From assembly GCA_963836185.1 (NCBI GenBank), contig CAWIIQ010000006.1, positions 1 to 64,000 on the forward strand: a DNA stretch of 64,000 nt. The letters run 5' to 3'. This document shows, one piece after another, positions 19,221-29,283 of the stretch. A program made the translations under genes and the position numbers. A model generated the notes under the pieces. That model was not told the origin of the DNA. It worked only from the letters and a program-made list of their open reading frames with translations, and did not search any database. The DNA is from Candidatus Krumholzibacteriia bacterium (lineage in GTDB: Bacteria; Krumholzibacteriota; Krumholzibacteriia; Krumholzibacteriales; Krumholzibacteriaceae). Numbering within the stretch: position 1 is the stretch's first letter; each line of letters opens with the position of its first letter.

Positions 19221-22200
19221 TTATCGCAGCAGGATCATTTTCCTAACGGACTTGTATCCACCTGAAGCGAATTTCGTGAAGTAGACGCCGCTTGCGACCT
19301 GCTCACCACGGTTGTTTATCCCGTTCCAGTTCAACTCGTGTCTTCCACCAGCTACAGGACCGTTTACCAGCGTTTTTACCAGCGCCCCGCGGAGGTCATA
19401 GATGTTGAGTGCTACGTTTTGCTTCGACCCCGAATCACCAGGCACCGTGAATGCTATCGTCGTGCTCGGATTGAACGGGTTGGGATGGTTCTGGTAGAGC
19501 TTGGCGCTGGCTACCGGCACCTCGATCGCTTCGGTCTCGACCGATGCTCCTCCTCCGGCCACTTCCAGCCTGTACGTGTATACCAGACCCTCCTCGACCA
19601 TCCTGTCAGTGAACGAGACGACGCCGGACTCTTCAATCCTCAGGGATGCAGCGATCATTTCAAAATCACCATCACCGGTCTGCCTGTAGAGGTCCCAATC
19701 CTCTGCTCCGCCCGATACATCCCAGGTCAGCCTGAGGAAGCCCGGACCTATCTCATACATCCAGGCTGCTATTGAAGCATCCGTCGCTACATTGATTTCC
19801 TTCCAGCCACTGTTGAACTGGTCCGCATGGAATCCGTTCCACTGAGCGAAACCACTATAGGCCTTCGCTTCGAGGTCCCATACATAGACATTCTGGTCCC
19901 AGCAGGTAGCTATCAGTTCTACGTCACCGTCAAAGTCAAGGTCCCTTACTAACGGTGTCGCCCGTATAAAACCATTGAGTTTGATCGGGAATCCAGGGAT
20001 ATCGTTACCATCAATATCCCATGCGTTCAGTCTTCCTTCCTCGCCGCCGATGATTATATCAAGGCTGCCGTCACCATTTATGTCGGCGATGATCGGCGAT
20101 GATTCGGTCCCCGAACTTGACGAGTACGCCTTGGGCCACCCCGGCAGATGAGCACCATTATACCTGATAATGTAACAGAGGCTGTTCATCCCGGGAATCA
20201 CCACCTCGAGCTTTCCATCGCCGGTCAGATCGGCAAGCGCCGGCGAACCAGCGAAGAAACTGCTGCCATTGACCCACTGCGGCCAGCCGGACATCATCGT
20301 ACCATCGTGGTTCAGTCCAAGTACTCTTGAGTACGAGTTCCCTAATATAACCTCAGGATAGGAATCTCCATCGATATCCCCGACAACAGGGCTTCTCCCG
20401 ACACCGGCGCCTTCGTCCCCGATGTGGACGGGCCAGCCGGCGACAGATGAGCCATCGGAGTTAAGGACATAAATGTAATCGGACGGCGCCGCCACTATGA
20501 TTTCGATGATACCGTCATCATCCATATCGGCAATAGCAGGCGTTGAGATATGCCACCCGTCTGAAGCCAGGCCGGCAGCGAAGAACGGTCCATTGGTCGA
20601 GGGATTGCTGTCCCCGTCCATAAGTTCAGTGCCGTCGTGATGCCATACATAAACTGTTCCGTCGACATCGTAAGCGATGATCTCACGGTCGCCGTCTCCA
20701 TCGAAATCCCCGATTACCGGGCTCGCCCAGCAGAGATCAATCGTCGTCTGCGGCCAGCCGGGCAGGATGCTTCCATCATGTGTGAATACGAATATCTCTT
20801 TCGTATTCCACGAAGCGCCGACTATCTCCGCGCCTAGAACACCATCGAGATCCCCAAGAGCCACGGTAGCGGTATAGTTATCGCCTTCCGTGCTGAAGAT
20901 ACCCCAGGTCAGAGGCTGGTTGTCGCCGTCACGCAGTTCGATACCGTTTCCATCCCAGGCGTATACAAACTCGGCTCCGACAACGACATCAGCATGAGTA
21001 TCGCCGTCTACATCGGCTATCTTCGGACTCGATGCTGATTCCTTGCCGAGACTGTTAGGCCACCCTGTAAGCTGGGGAGGATTCGTCGTGATAGTGACCT
21101 CACCACTCGGATCACCCTCGTTTCCACACGAATCGACCATTGTTATTACAAAGAAATAGCGTGTACTCGGGAGAAGACCCCGGTCGCGATAAAGTGTGTG
21201 GAGAACCGGGTCTATGCTCGCCATATCGTACGGACCTCCCTGATCCATCGAATGGTAGACCATATACCTGTAGGCCTCGAGTGTGTCAGAACGCTGCCAC
21301 GTCACATGAATCTGGTCCGGAGCTATACTCGCATCGAGGGTTATCGTATGCGGAGAATCCGGTTTTCTCAGTTCCATCCTTTTCGTGAACGTTCGCCCGT
21401 AAAAATCGACCAGTTCAAATGTAAAATAATTATCTATGCCGACATCAGCCTCGGATAGAATGAATCCTTCTCCATATCCTGTGTCCAGCATACCGAGATC
21501 ACCATAATCCGAGATGCTGTCAGCCACTGTGATGCCGGAATCCTCCGCTCTGATCTTGCCTTCGAGCTCTACAGCCGCTCCTGAGCCATAGTTCTTGACT
21601 CCGACCCTGAGCAGGAAATTCTCACCGCTGGCGATCACACCATCTCCATTACCGATCGGAACACTGTCGGTGACCGTGTTAACATACAGTTCGATATCAG
21701 GGGCATGAGCCTCCATCGCGAATGTTTCTGCCCAGTATCCACCGCTCGAATCATGGATCTCGACAAGGAATTCGAGGGACGTCTCGTCCGGTACTGCAGC
21801 ATCCACTATAAATTCGAAGGCACTGAGATTATAGGCCGCATCACCGACGGGGATATCAGGATACTCAGAGACACCACCGGTAATGAGGACATCAGGATGC
21901 ATCGCTGTGACCTCACCCCAGAGCTTCTCTCCATCCGCATTTCCTGTGCTGAAGAGCTCGATCCACAGGCTGACGTTCTCTCCCGAGTCGAGAATCGCAT
22001 CCCCGTTTCCACCGGCATCATCGTTTATAACTGCCCTGTTAACTCTCAGATAGGGATCTGCTTGATAGTCGATCCCTATCGAGGTTCTGGCCCTGCAGTG
22101 ATCGACGCCTGTAACAGTGACAGTCACATTACCCGAATCCCTCACCAGGAAATCAGGGAACGTCACCTGGCCGGCCGCGTCGGTATACCCATATACATAG

Positions 22201-24194
22201 TCGTCGTTGTACTTGTAGAGACATACATAAGCGGAATCCGCCGGAACTCCGCCGCTTGTCACTTCGATCGTCACCTCGTTATGGCCGAACTGAAGGGACG
22301 AAGGAGCTGTTATCACGTAGGTGCCGGCCTGTCCCCGGAACATGTTGCATTCCGGATCGCCGAGATAATTGTAGATAAAATGTGTCCACCTGTCTGCCGT
22401 CTCTCCGTAAGCTCCGCTTGTAAACGGTTCCCGGGATTTTGTGTGTGTCTTTCCGAGTTGAACGACACCACTGTTGAACAGCAGGTGGTAGTACTCGTCC
22501 ATGTAAGGCCTGGAAGCGCTCGGGAAGGCCGAACGGCTCGATCCTGTTACAGCAAAGGCCCCTCCCCTGGAATTAAGCATGAAATATTCAGCGAGACAGT
22601 CCGTATCGAAAGCTACGTTCGTACAGTTCATCAGGTACATCGAGAATGTCTCGTCACCGTTAGTCAGATTGTTTGCGTCGTAGTTGATGATGCTTCCGTT
22701 TCCGACTGACATGTTGTACTTGTAGCCGTGGCCGGAATGCATCACATGGTTCGTACCCGCATCCATCGCCGACAGTCCCTCTGATATGGTCAAAACGGTG
22801 GACCCTGCATAATCGGCGTAGTTCTCATAGAGACGGGTAGTGTTTATTCCCGGATTGCTCTCGAAATATCCAGAGTAAATAGCCTGCAGGATCTCCGCGC
22901 CATCGAGGATGATATTGTCGCCGGGGACGAAATCCGACGGGAATATGACCTCTCCCAGAAGAAGGAAGTCCTCCTTGTACAGGGTATCAGCCGGTTCCGA
23001 GTAGGCTATAGTCTTGTCGATCAGGATGGTGGCATCGGTTACGGTAGAGGCTGGAAACCTTCCTATATAGACTTCTGCCCAGAGATCAGCTTCATCGCCC
23101 GGGTCGCTCAACGAATGAAACGCCTCACCCCACAGCGAATCGCCGTCAGCGTTCCACGTACCGTCGAGGCATCCGTAATACATATCAGTTGGAATAAAAT
23201 CACCGGTGTAGAACGTAGTGTATGCCAGGCGCCCGGGGATCACGTCGGTGTCTCCTCCCAGAAGGACGTATTCGACACCCCACTTTTCATACGCTTCCCT
23301 GATAAAGTTTCTGATCGACTCTCCCTGGTCGGCTCCGTTCCAATAGTTCTGTTCGATCCATTCGATCGTTTTCACTACGGCGGGGATGCCCTTGAGTGTC
23401 TTCCAGTCAGCCAGGCGCTGGAACTCGGTTTCCATGGCCTCATTTGTTACGATGAGATATTTGACCGCGCTGCCTTCGAGGCCGGGCTGGTAGGCGGGCT
23501 TGAATCCTCTGTCGCCTTCATCCACTACGATATCGTCAAACATATAGGCGCCTGAAGCGAACGGATTCTCCACGACTTTGCGAACCTCGATCTCGGCTCT
23601 TTCGCGGAAACCGTCGATGTGGCGCTGCCGCGTCGCAGTCACCTCGATGTCATCGACAGGCTCTGTCTCCACGACAAGAGTCAAGTCCTCGTCCACTGTA
23701 AGTCTGCCTGAATCAAGGTCATACCTGACAGGGTAGACATCGAAGGCAGCTATCCTGTATCCCTTCCACTGAGAGGTCCCAGTGTGCCTGACCCGCCAGG
23801 CGGGAAAGACTGCCCCCCCTTCTGTTGCGTCGTCCATCGCGAGACTGACACCTTTTACAGTCCCGTCATCGAGCATCATGCCTTCGAACCTGGCGAGCTC
23901 GACCGAGCCGTATAACTCGACCATACTGCCGCCCTCCAGGCGGAAGGAGACTATATCCTCACCCTGGGGGATAAGCACACTCAATGACCTGTAGGGTAGA
24001 GAGGGGAATTCGAAATAGTTGGTACCGTTCATACCATCGGCTGATACGATCGATCCGCCCTTGCCGTCACTTATTACCCGGACGGCGGACGCATCGACGT
24101 CTATCCTGACGTTAACTTCAGCTGCAGAAATGCCGCCGGTAAGCAACGATGCTGTGACGACGATGGCAATAATCGCGGATACTATCCGACCCAT
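19221..24194 (-). CDS. Secreted C25 (gingipain-family) cysteine peptidase with propeptide, Ig/FN3 domains, FG-GAP propeller and FlgD/T9SS-type C-terminal domain
   Basis: Signal peptide, YVLLGGD, TDMYY, YIGRFP, HSGHG (His), MNC (Cys), YLGDP and repeated ADxDGDG. C-terminus LYQNHPNPFNP..YDLRG..ASGVYF..KMILLR. GGAGG RBS at 24202-24206. Confidence 0.88.
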   Translation of the reverse strand: MGRIVSAIIAIVVTASLLTGGISAAEVNVRIDVDASAVRVISDGKGGSIVSADGMNGTNYFEFPSLPYRSLSVLIPQGEDIVSFRLEGGSMVELYGSVELARFEGMMLDDGTVKGVSLAMDDATEGGAVFPAWRVRHTGTSQWKGYRIAAFDVYPVRYDLDSGRLTVDEDLTLVVETEPVDDIEVTATRQRHIDGFRERAEIEVRKVVENPFASGAYMFDDIVVDEGDRGFKPAYQPGLEGSAVKYLIVTNEAMETEFQRLADWKTLKGIPAVVKTIEWIEQNYWNGADQGESIRNFIREAYEKWGVEYVLLGGDTDVIPGRLAYTTFYTGDFIPTDMYYGCLDGTWNADGDSLWGEAFHSLSDPGDEADLWAEVYIGRFPASTVTDATILIDKTIAYSEPADTLYKEDFLLLGEVIFPSDFVPGDNIILDGAEILQAIYSGYFESNPGINTTRLYENYADYAGSTVLTISEGLSAMDAGTNHVMHSGHGYKYNMSVGNGSIINYDANNLTNGDETFSMYLMNCTNVAFDTDCLAEYFMLNSRGGAFAVTGSSRSAFPSASRPYMDEYYHLLFNSGVVQLGKTHTKSREPFTSGAYGETADRWTHFIYNYLGDPECNMFRGQAGTYVITAPSSLQFGHNEVTIEVTSGGVPADSAYVCLYKYNDDYVYGYTDAAGQVTFPDFLVRDSGNVTVTVTGVDHCRARTSIGIDYQADPYLRVNRAVINDDAGGNGDAILDSGENVSLWIELFSTGNADGEKLWGEVTAMHPDVLITGGVSEYPDIPVGDAAYNLSAFEFIVDAAVPDETSLEFLVEIHDSSGGYWAETFAMEAHAPDIELYVNTVTDSVPIGNGDGVIASGENFLLRVGVKNYGSGAAVELEGKIRAEDSGITVADSISDYGDLGMLDTGYGEGFILSEADVGIDNYFTFELVDFYGRTFTKRMELRKPDSPHTITLDASIAPDQIHVTWQRSDTLEAYRYMVYHSMDQGGPYDMASIDPVLHTLYRDRGLLPSTRYFFVITMVDSCGNEGDPSGEVTITTNPPQLTGWPNSLGKESASSPKIADVDGDTHADVVVGAEFVYAWDGNGIELRDGDNQPLTWGIFSTEGDNYTATVALGDLDGVLGAEIVGASWNTKEIFVFTHDGSILPGWPQTTIDLCWASPVIGDFDGDGDREIIAYDVDGTVYVWHHDGTELMDGDSNPSTNGPFFAAGLASDGWHISTPAIADMDDDGIIEIIVAAPSDYIYVLNSDGSSVAGWPVHIGDEGAGVGRSPVVGDIDGDSYPEVILGNSYSRVLGLNHDGTMMSGWPQWVNGSSFFAGSPALADLTGDGKLEVVIPGMNSLCYIIRYNGAHLPGWPKAYSSSSGTESSPIIADINGDGSLDIIIGGEEGRLNAWDIDGNDIPGFPIKLNGFIRATPLVRDLDFDGDVELIATCWDQNVYVWDLEAKAYSGFAQWNGFHADQFNSGWKEINVATDASIAAWMYEIGPGFLRLTWDVSGGAEDWDLYRQTGDGDFEMIAASLRIEESGVVSFTDRMVEEGLVYTYRLEVAGGGASVETEAIEVPVASAKLYQNHPNPFNPSTTIAFTVPGDSGSKQNVALNIYDLRGALVKTLVNGPVAGGRHELNWNGINNRGEQVASGVYFTKFASGGYKSVRKMILLR

Positions 24195-24351
24195 CAAAGA
24201 ACCTCCTGGAGGCATAGGGATTACTAATATCTAATACTTGGACCTAACAACGGTAGCGGTAAGTCTTTTCGCTGCGACTCCTTGAAGATGTCATCCTTCG
24301 AAAACGATAGTCAGAGGAGAAAGATGAGCAGTCCTGATAAAATGTAATTGT

Positions 24352-24380
24352 ATTGTACATTATTCGTAAGTCTTTGTCAA
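24352..24380 (-). promoter_or_regulatory. Sigma70 promoter of the C25 gene
   Basis: TTGACA-17 bp-TACAAT on the minus strand. Confidence 0.7.
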
Positions 24381-24438
24381 GTATGAGATTTATGAGATAT
24401 ATCTAATGCACAGGGCATCGCGTATAACCCTGTCTGGG

Positions 24439-24468
24439 AAAAGGGGCTGCCGCGCCACGGCAGCCCCT
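24439..24468 (-). terminator. clpB terminator
   Basis: Stem GGGGCTGCCG/CGGCAGCCCC followed by TTTT, 17 bp after the clpB stop. Confidence 0.75.
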
Positions 24469-24484
24469 CGATCTTTACCGCAGG

Positions 24485-27076
24485 TCATTTCAGTTCGAAA
24501 ACCACCTGATCTTCCTTCCAGTCCGCTCCGATCACGCTCCCGGCAGGCACATCTCCCTCAAGAAGCCTTGTCGCCAGGGGATTCAGAAGCATTGTCTGAA
24601 TCAATCTCTTCAACGGCCTGGCTCCGAACTCGGGCTGATATCCCCTGTCAGCGAGGACCTCGAGCAGCCGCTCTGTCGGTTTGAGCTCGATGTCATTCTC
24701 ACTGAGACGCTCGTTGACCTTCCCGAGCTGGAGTACGACGATACTCGCCAGGTCATCTCTGGAGAGGAACCCGAATACGACCGTCTCGTCGATCCTGTTG
24801 AGGAACTCGGGCCGGAAAAACTCCCTCAGGGATTCCTTCATCCTCGAAGCTATCTCTTCGTCGCCAAGCGTTTCGCTCTCGGACAGAAAGCGGCTCCCCA
24901 GATTCGAAGTCATGATCACGATTGTGTTCCTGAAGTCAACAGTATGCCCCTGGGAATCAGTCAGCCTTCCATCGTCGAGAAGCTGCAGGAGCACGTTGAA
25001 TACATCGGGGTGCGCTTTCTCGATCTCATCGAAGAGTATCACCGAGTAGGGATTGCGGCGAACAGCCTCGGTCAGATAGCCTCCCTCCTCATACCCGACA
25101 TATCCCGGCGGTGCGCCGAGCAGGCGCGAGACGGCGTGCTTCTCCATGAATTCCGACATGTCTATCCTGACCATGGCGTTCTCATCATCGAAAAGCTGCT
25201 CTGCCAGCGCCTTTGCCAGCTCGGTCTTTCCTACACCCGTCGGACCGAGGAATATGAACGAACCCAGCGGTTGCCGCGGGTCCTGAAGGCCGGCTCGCGA
25301 CCTGCGGACCGCGTTGCTGACCACTTCTATCGCCTCGTCCTGGCCCACTACTCTGTCCGCCAGCCTTTCCTCGAGATGGAGGATCTTCTGCTTTTCCTCC
25401 TCGATCATCCGGCTTACGGGGATGCCTGTCCACTTGCTGACTATGCCAGCGATATCGTTCTCCGTGACCTCCTCGCGCATAAGACTGTCCCCGGAATCCT
25501 GCAGCTCCCGCATCCGGTCACGGGCCTTTCCGAGATCCTTCTCAAGCTCCACGATAACCCCGTACCTCAGTTCGGCGACACGCTCGAGCTTGCCGTCCCT
25601 CTGGGCGAGTTGTTCCTCCGTACGCGCGGTGTCCAGCTCTTCCTGAAGTTTCCTGATCGTGTCGACGACCTCTTTCTCCCCGTCCCATCTGATCCTGATC
25701 ACGGAAGCCTTCTCATCGAGGTCGGCCAGGCTTTCCTTCACTTCGTCGAGACGTTTTTTTACCGCCTCCTTCTTCTTTTCTTTCTCAAGCGCTTTCTTTT
25801 CTATCTCGAGCTGGGTGATCCTGTCCTGTATCTCCGCCAGCTCTATCGGCACAGAATCCATTTCCATGCGCAGACGTGACGCCGCCTCATCGACAAGATC
25901 AATCGCCTTGTCAGGCAGGAACCTGCTCGAGATATAGCGTTGTGAGAGCTTCGCCGCCGCTATCAACGCGGAATCTTCAATCCTTACGCCATGATGCACC
26001 TCGTACTTCTCCTTCAACCCCCTGAGGATCGAAACGGTCTCCCCCACATCAGGCTCGCGGACCAGCACGGTCTGAAAACGCCTTTCAAGAGCCGCGTCCT
26101 TCTCGATATATTTCCTGTACTCATCGAGTGTCGTTGCTCCGACGCACCGAAGCTCACCGCGGGCAAGAGCCGGCTTGATCATGTTGGAAGCATCGACTGA
26201 CCCCTCGGCCGCGCCAGCCCCTACAAGTGTATGAAGCTCATCGATAAATAGGATGATCCCTCCGTCTGACGATGAGACCTCCTTGAGAACTGCCTTGAAG
26301 CGCTCCTCGAATTCACCCCGGAATTTCGCCCCGGCGATAAGCGCACCCATGTCGAGGCCCAGCAGCCTTTTGTCCCTGATGTTCTCGGGAACATCGCCAG
26401 CTGCGATACGCTGCGCAAGCCCCTCGACGATAGCGGTCTTTCCTACTCCCGGCTCGCCTATCAGCACGGGATTGTTCTTCCTTCTGCGCGAAAGGACCTG
26501 ACTCACGCGCCTTATCTCTTCATCACGTCCGATAACAGGATCGAGCTTTCCCATTCTCGCGAGTTTCACAAAATCAGTAGTATACTTCTCGAGGGCCATG
26601 TACTTGCTCTCGGCATTCTGGTCGGTGACCCTCTGCGATCCGCGCAGCCCGGCAAGAGCCTGCAGAATCGCATCCCTGCCCGCACCTGCCGCCACGAGCA
26701 TCTTCCCGGCCTCTCCACTGTCCTCGGCCAGAGCCAGGAAGAGATGCTCGGTGCTCACATACTCGTCGCGCAGTGAGTCGGCCTCCTCCATCGCCTTCCT
26801 GATCGTCTCCTGGAACTGCAATGACGGCCTCGTGTCAGGCAACCCCTTGTCGATCTTCGGGCATCGCGAAAGGCCCTCTTCGAGCCCGTTCTCTATCCTT
26901 GCCATATCGACGCCCAGTTTCCTGAGCAGCGGAGCGACGATCCCCTCATCCTGCCGCACCAGTACGGCAAGGAGGTGGATGGGAAGCACCTCTGTGTTAT
27001 TCGCCCTGAAAGCGGCCTCCTGTGCCGCCGACAGCGCCTCCTGCGCCTTTACTGTAAATCTGTCTGCATTCAGCAT
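24485..27076 (-). CDS. clpB: Chaperone ClpB
   Basis: Clp N-domain, GEPGVGKT, coiled-coil M domain, [32 protein letters not shown] before MLNADRFT. Confidence 0.96.
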   Translation of the reverse strand: MLNADRFTVKAQEALSAAQEAAFRANNTEVLPIHLLAVLVRQDEGIVAPLLRKLGVDMARIENGLEEGLSRCPKIDKGLPDTRPSLQFQETIRKAMEEADSLRDEYVSTEHLFLALAEDSGEAGKMLVAAGAGRDAILQALAGLRGSQRVTDQNAESKYMALEKYTTDFVKLARMGKLDPVIGRDEEIRRVSQVLSRRRKNNPVLIGEPGVGKTAIVEGLAQRIAAGDVPENIRDKRLLGLDMGALIAGAKFRGEFEERFKAVLKEVSSSDGGIILFIDELHTLVGAGAAEGSVDASNMIKPALARGELRCVGATTLDEYRKYIEKDAALERRFQTVLVREPDVGETVSILRGLKEKYEVHHGVRIEDSALIAAAKLSQRYISSRFLPDKAIDLVDEAASRLRMEMDSVPIELAEIQDRITQLEIEKKALEKEKKKEAVKKRLDEVKESLADLDEKASVIRIRWDGEKEVVDTIRKLQEELDTARTEEQLAQRDGKLERVAELRYGVIVELEKDLGKARDRMRELQDSGDSLMREEVTENDIAGIVSKWTGIPVSRMIEEEKQKILHLEERLADRVVGQDEAIEVVSNAVRRSRAGLQDPRQPLGSFIFLGPTGVGKTELAKALAEQLFDDENAMVRIDMSEFMEKHAVSRLLGAPPGYVGYEEGGYLTEAVRRNPYSVILFDEIEKAHPDVFNVLLQLLDDGRLTDSQGHTVDFRNTIVIMTSNLGSRFLSESETLGDEEIASRMKESLREFFRPEFLNRIDETVVFGFLSRDDLASIVVLQLGKVNERLSENDIELKPTERLLEVLADRGYQPEFGARPLKRLIQTMLLNPLATRLLEGDVPAGSVIGADWKEDQVVFELK

Positions 27077-27140
27077 AATCATCACCTCGTGTTTTAATTC
27101 ATCAATCAGTCTCCAGCCGTTTACTATACAGGATATAGTC

Positions 27141-27155
27141 GCACTTCGCGTGCCA
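27141..27155 (-). promoter_or_regulatory. Sigma54 promoter of clpB
   Basis: Minus-strand TGGCACGCGAAGTGC (GG-N10-GC), 65 bp upstream of the start codon. Confidence 0.7.
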
Positions 27156-27194
27156 TACGGCACAATCGATGACCGCACCATGGATATGATTATA

Positions 27195-27207
27195 TATCAA
27201 ATAGTTA
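27195..27207. promoter_or_regulatory. IHF-type binding site
   Basis: TATCAAATAGTTA matches WATCAA-N4-TTR exactly, 40 bp upstream of the clpB -24 box. Confidence 0.6.
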
Positions 27208-27230
27208 TAGCTGATTATACCGGGACAGGC

Positions 27231-27270
27231 AAAAAAGAACGCCTGGAGGATCTCAACTCTCCAGACGTTC
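27231..27270 (-). terminator. Terminator after the metallopeptidase pair
   Basis: Stem GAACG(C/T)CTGGAG..CTCCAGACGTTC followed by T6 on the minus strand. Confidence 0.65.
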
Positions 27271-27311
27271 TGTCATAGAAAACAATGTTCGCGCTGCCAG
27301 ATTGGCAGTGC

Positions 27312-29162
27312 TTATTCATTTACATACCAGTTCGCGTCAATCACCGCCGGCAGACCGTAAAGGGACCTGATCAGGTTTATCTCGTCTTCTGACGGGAGGT
27401 TCGAGATCGGCGAAGTCCCGCCGACCATCAGGTGCCCGAGGTCATAGCTGTGCCCGAGCTGGAGAATATGTCCGAGTTCGTGCGCGAATATCTTCCTGCC
27501 GACGATCTGTATCGGCGCGACCTGGTGGGTCGGATATATCCATATCAGCATCCTCGCCGGAGTCCCGTCCTCGTTGGTACTGACCAGCTCGATATGATGC
27601 TTGTCCTCGTCCTCAGTGTCGTAGATTATCTCGACATCGGCAGTTCCGGGATCATCTACTGTCACAAACAACTCGTACCCCGTCAGGTCGTTCCACGAGT
27701 CTATCGCAAGCCTCGCCAGCTCCTGGATGTCGACCCCCTCCCATGAGAACGGGGGACTGTATATCGTCACAGGGAAATGATCCCAGTTCCTGAAGATCGT
27801 AGGCTTGCCCGGCACAACCTTCGTGCCGGTCATATGCCTGAAGAAGGCATAGAAGTCTTCATAGTACATATCGGACATCGTGCTCACCAGCTCGAAAAAT
27901 GGCATCATCGAGAGATCTATGCTTAAATGCCAGTCCAGGCCCGACAGAGGTATCGACATATCGTAGTAGTCACCCTGGTCGCCGACAATATGCTCATCCC
28001 TCAACTTCATGAAATCCGTGTACAGAGGAAGGTTGGCAAGCTTGTAATACCCGTCCGCGCCGGTTGTATCGGTGATCCCTTCCGCCGAGACGACGATCCC
28101 CTCGAGTGGAGCGCCGGTGGCCGAATCGCTTACGTAACCATCCGCGTCTATTCCGCGCACCAGCAGCCTGACGCAGTTGCCAAGCTGCGACATGTTCCCG
28201 AAATCATCGACACCCCTGGCCGTCACATACAGCCACGTCCCCGGATTGAGGTTCTCAGCGATCATTTCCTCTACCGTCCCGGCCATTCCCGGTACCGGTA
28301 CTCCATTCTTCTGGGAAGCCTCATCCCAATCTTCTTCATTCAATATGGGGATCGTATGCGTCCGTACGCGATAGTGACTCACTCTCCCCTCCATATCATC
28401 GTCGCCGGGCGCTGTCCACTGGAGCCGGATCGTTCCGGGTTCGAACCCTGTCCAGCCGATAAGATCCGTGATCCGCGCCGGTGCGATAGTGTCAGGATCG
28501 CCAACGACCCTGATCACCCAGGACAGCGTGTCACCGAATTCACCGTCCCAGACCATGCCGGTGACATCGAAGAAACCGTTCTCCATGAACCTGTACTCCG
28601 CAGGCGCGGTCTCATCCATGATCTCTATCGGCACACTTCCGACATAATACGAATAGCGCAGGTCCTCGTAGTGGTCGTCGTCAACACCCATCCTGAACTC
28701 GACCGTCGAACCTATAAGTGTCGTTATGCTGTCCTGATCGGGATACCACCAGTTGATGACCGGAGGGTCGTTATGCAGCTCTATGGCAGTGAAGTACCAG
28801 TCCTTGAACACGTAATCGGAGTGATCCTCAGCCCTTCCCTGCACGTGGTAAAATCTGCCGACTGTCGGCTTGTAGACAAAGTCGGGCCCTTCATGCAGGA
28901 CCTCTTCTGCACCACCATCTTTGTCATCTATGAGAACATACTTGTATCTCAACTCGTCGCGATCGGGATCATCAGCGACCATGCTGAATACAATCGAGTC
29001 GACAGGCACTTCAATAGCAGGCAGAACTGGGCCCTCCGGAGAGGACTCCTTTATTATCGGAGGGGAATTCGGCCTTACAGGATCGGTCTGGAAGATGCAC
29101 GACTGAAACGCCATTCCCCACGCGAGACCCAATATTATCAACCCATTGGCTTTTCGCATCAT
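27312..29162 (-). CDS. Multidomain lipoprotein: Ig-like repeats, FN3, carboxypeptidase-regulatory-like domain and C-terminal metzincin Zn-peptidase (copy A)
   Basis: Lipobox-like FQSC, FN3 WTAPGDD..Y, HELGHILQLGH and Met-turn HLMVG. Confidence 0.75.
   Translation of the reverse strand: MMRKANGLIILGLAWGMAFQSCIFQTDPVRPNSPPIIKESSPEGPVLPAIEVPVDSIVFSMVADDPDRDELRYKYVLIDDKDGGAEEVLHEGPDFVYKPTVGRFYHVQGRAEDHSDYVFKDWYFTAIELHNDPPVINWWYPDQDSITTLIGSTVEFRMGVDDDHYEDLRYSYYVGSVPIEIMDETAPAEYRFMENGFFDVTGMVWDGEFGDTLSWVIRVVGDPDTIAPARITDLIGWTGFEPGTIRLQWTAPGDDDMEGRVSHYRVRTHTIPILNEEDWDEASQKNGVPVPGMAGTVEEMIAENLNPGTWLYVTARGVDDFGNMSQLGNCVRLLVRGIDADGYVSDSATGAPLEGIVVSAEGITDTTGADGYYKLANLPLYTDFMKLRDEHIVGDQGDYYDMSIPLSGLDWHLSIDLSMMPFFELVSTMSDMYYEDFYAFFRHMTGTKVVPGKPTIFRNWDHFPVTIYSPPFSWEGVDIQELARLAIDSWNDLTGYELFVTVDDPGTADVEIIYDTEDEDKHHIELVSTNEDGTPARMLIWIYPTHQVAPIQIVGRKIFAHELGHILQLGHSYDLGHLMVGGTSPISNLPSEDEINLIRSLYGLPAVIDANWYVNE
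27348..27982. repeat. ~635-bp direct repeat, copy 1 (peptidase domain)
   Basis: Aligns without gaps to 29320-29954 (offset 1972), about 90% identical by eye. Confidence 0.9.
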
Positions 29163-29283
29163 ATCCACCTCATTCTTATCGGTGGGGCCGATATCTTGAT
29201 TAAAAGATAATAAATCAGCCCAGGTTGCGAAAGCCGAATATGTTTAATGAGTAACAGCCCTTATGGGATGGTCCTGCCCGATA

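Noticed and set aside
24236-24266. GACCTAA..GGTAGCGG resembling P2 of a c-di-GMP-I riboswitch
   Set aside because: It is on the wrong strand for the C25 gene, and the P1 elements (GGCAAA..GAAA..GACGCAAA) are absent.
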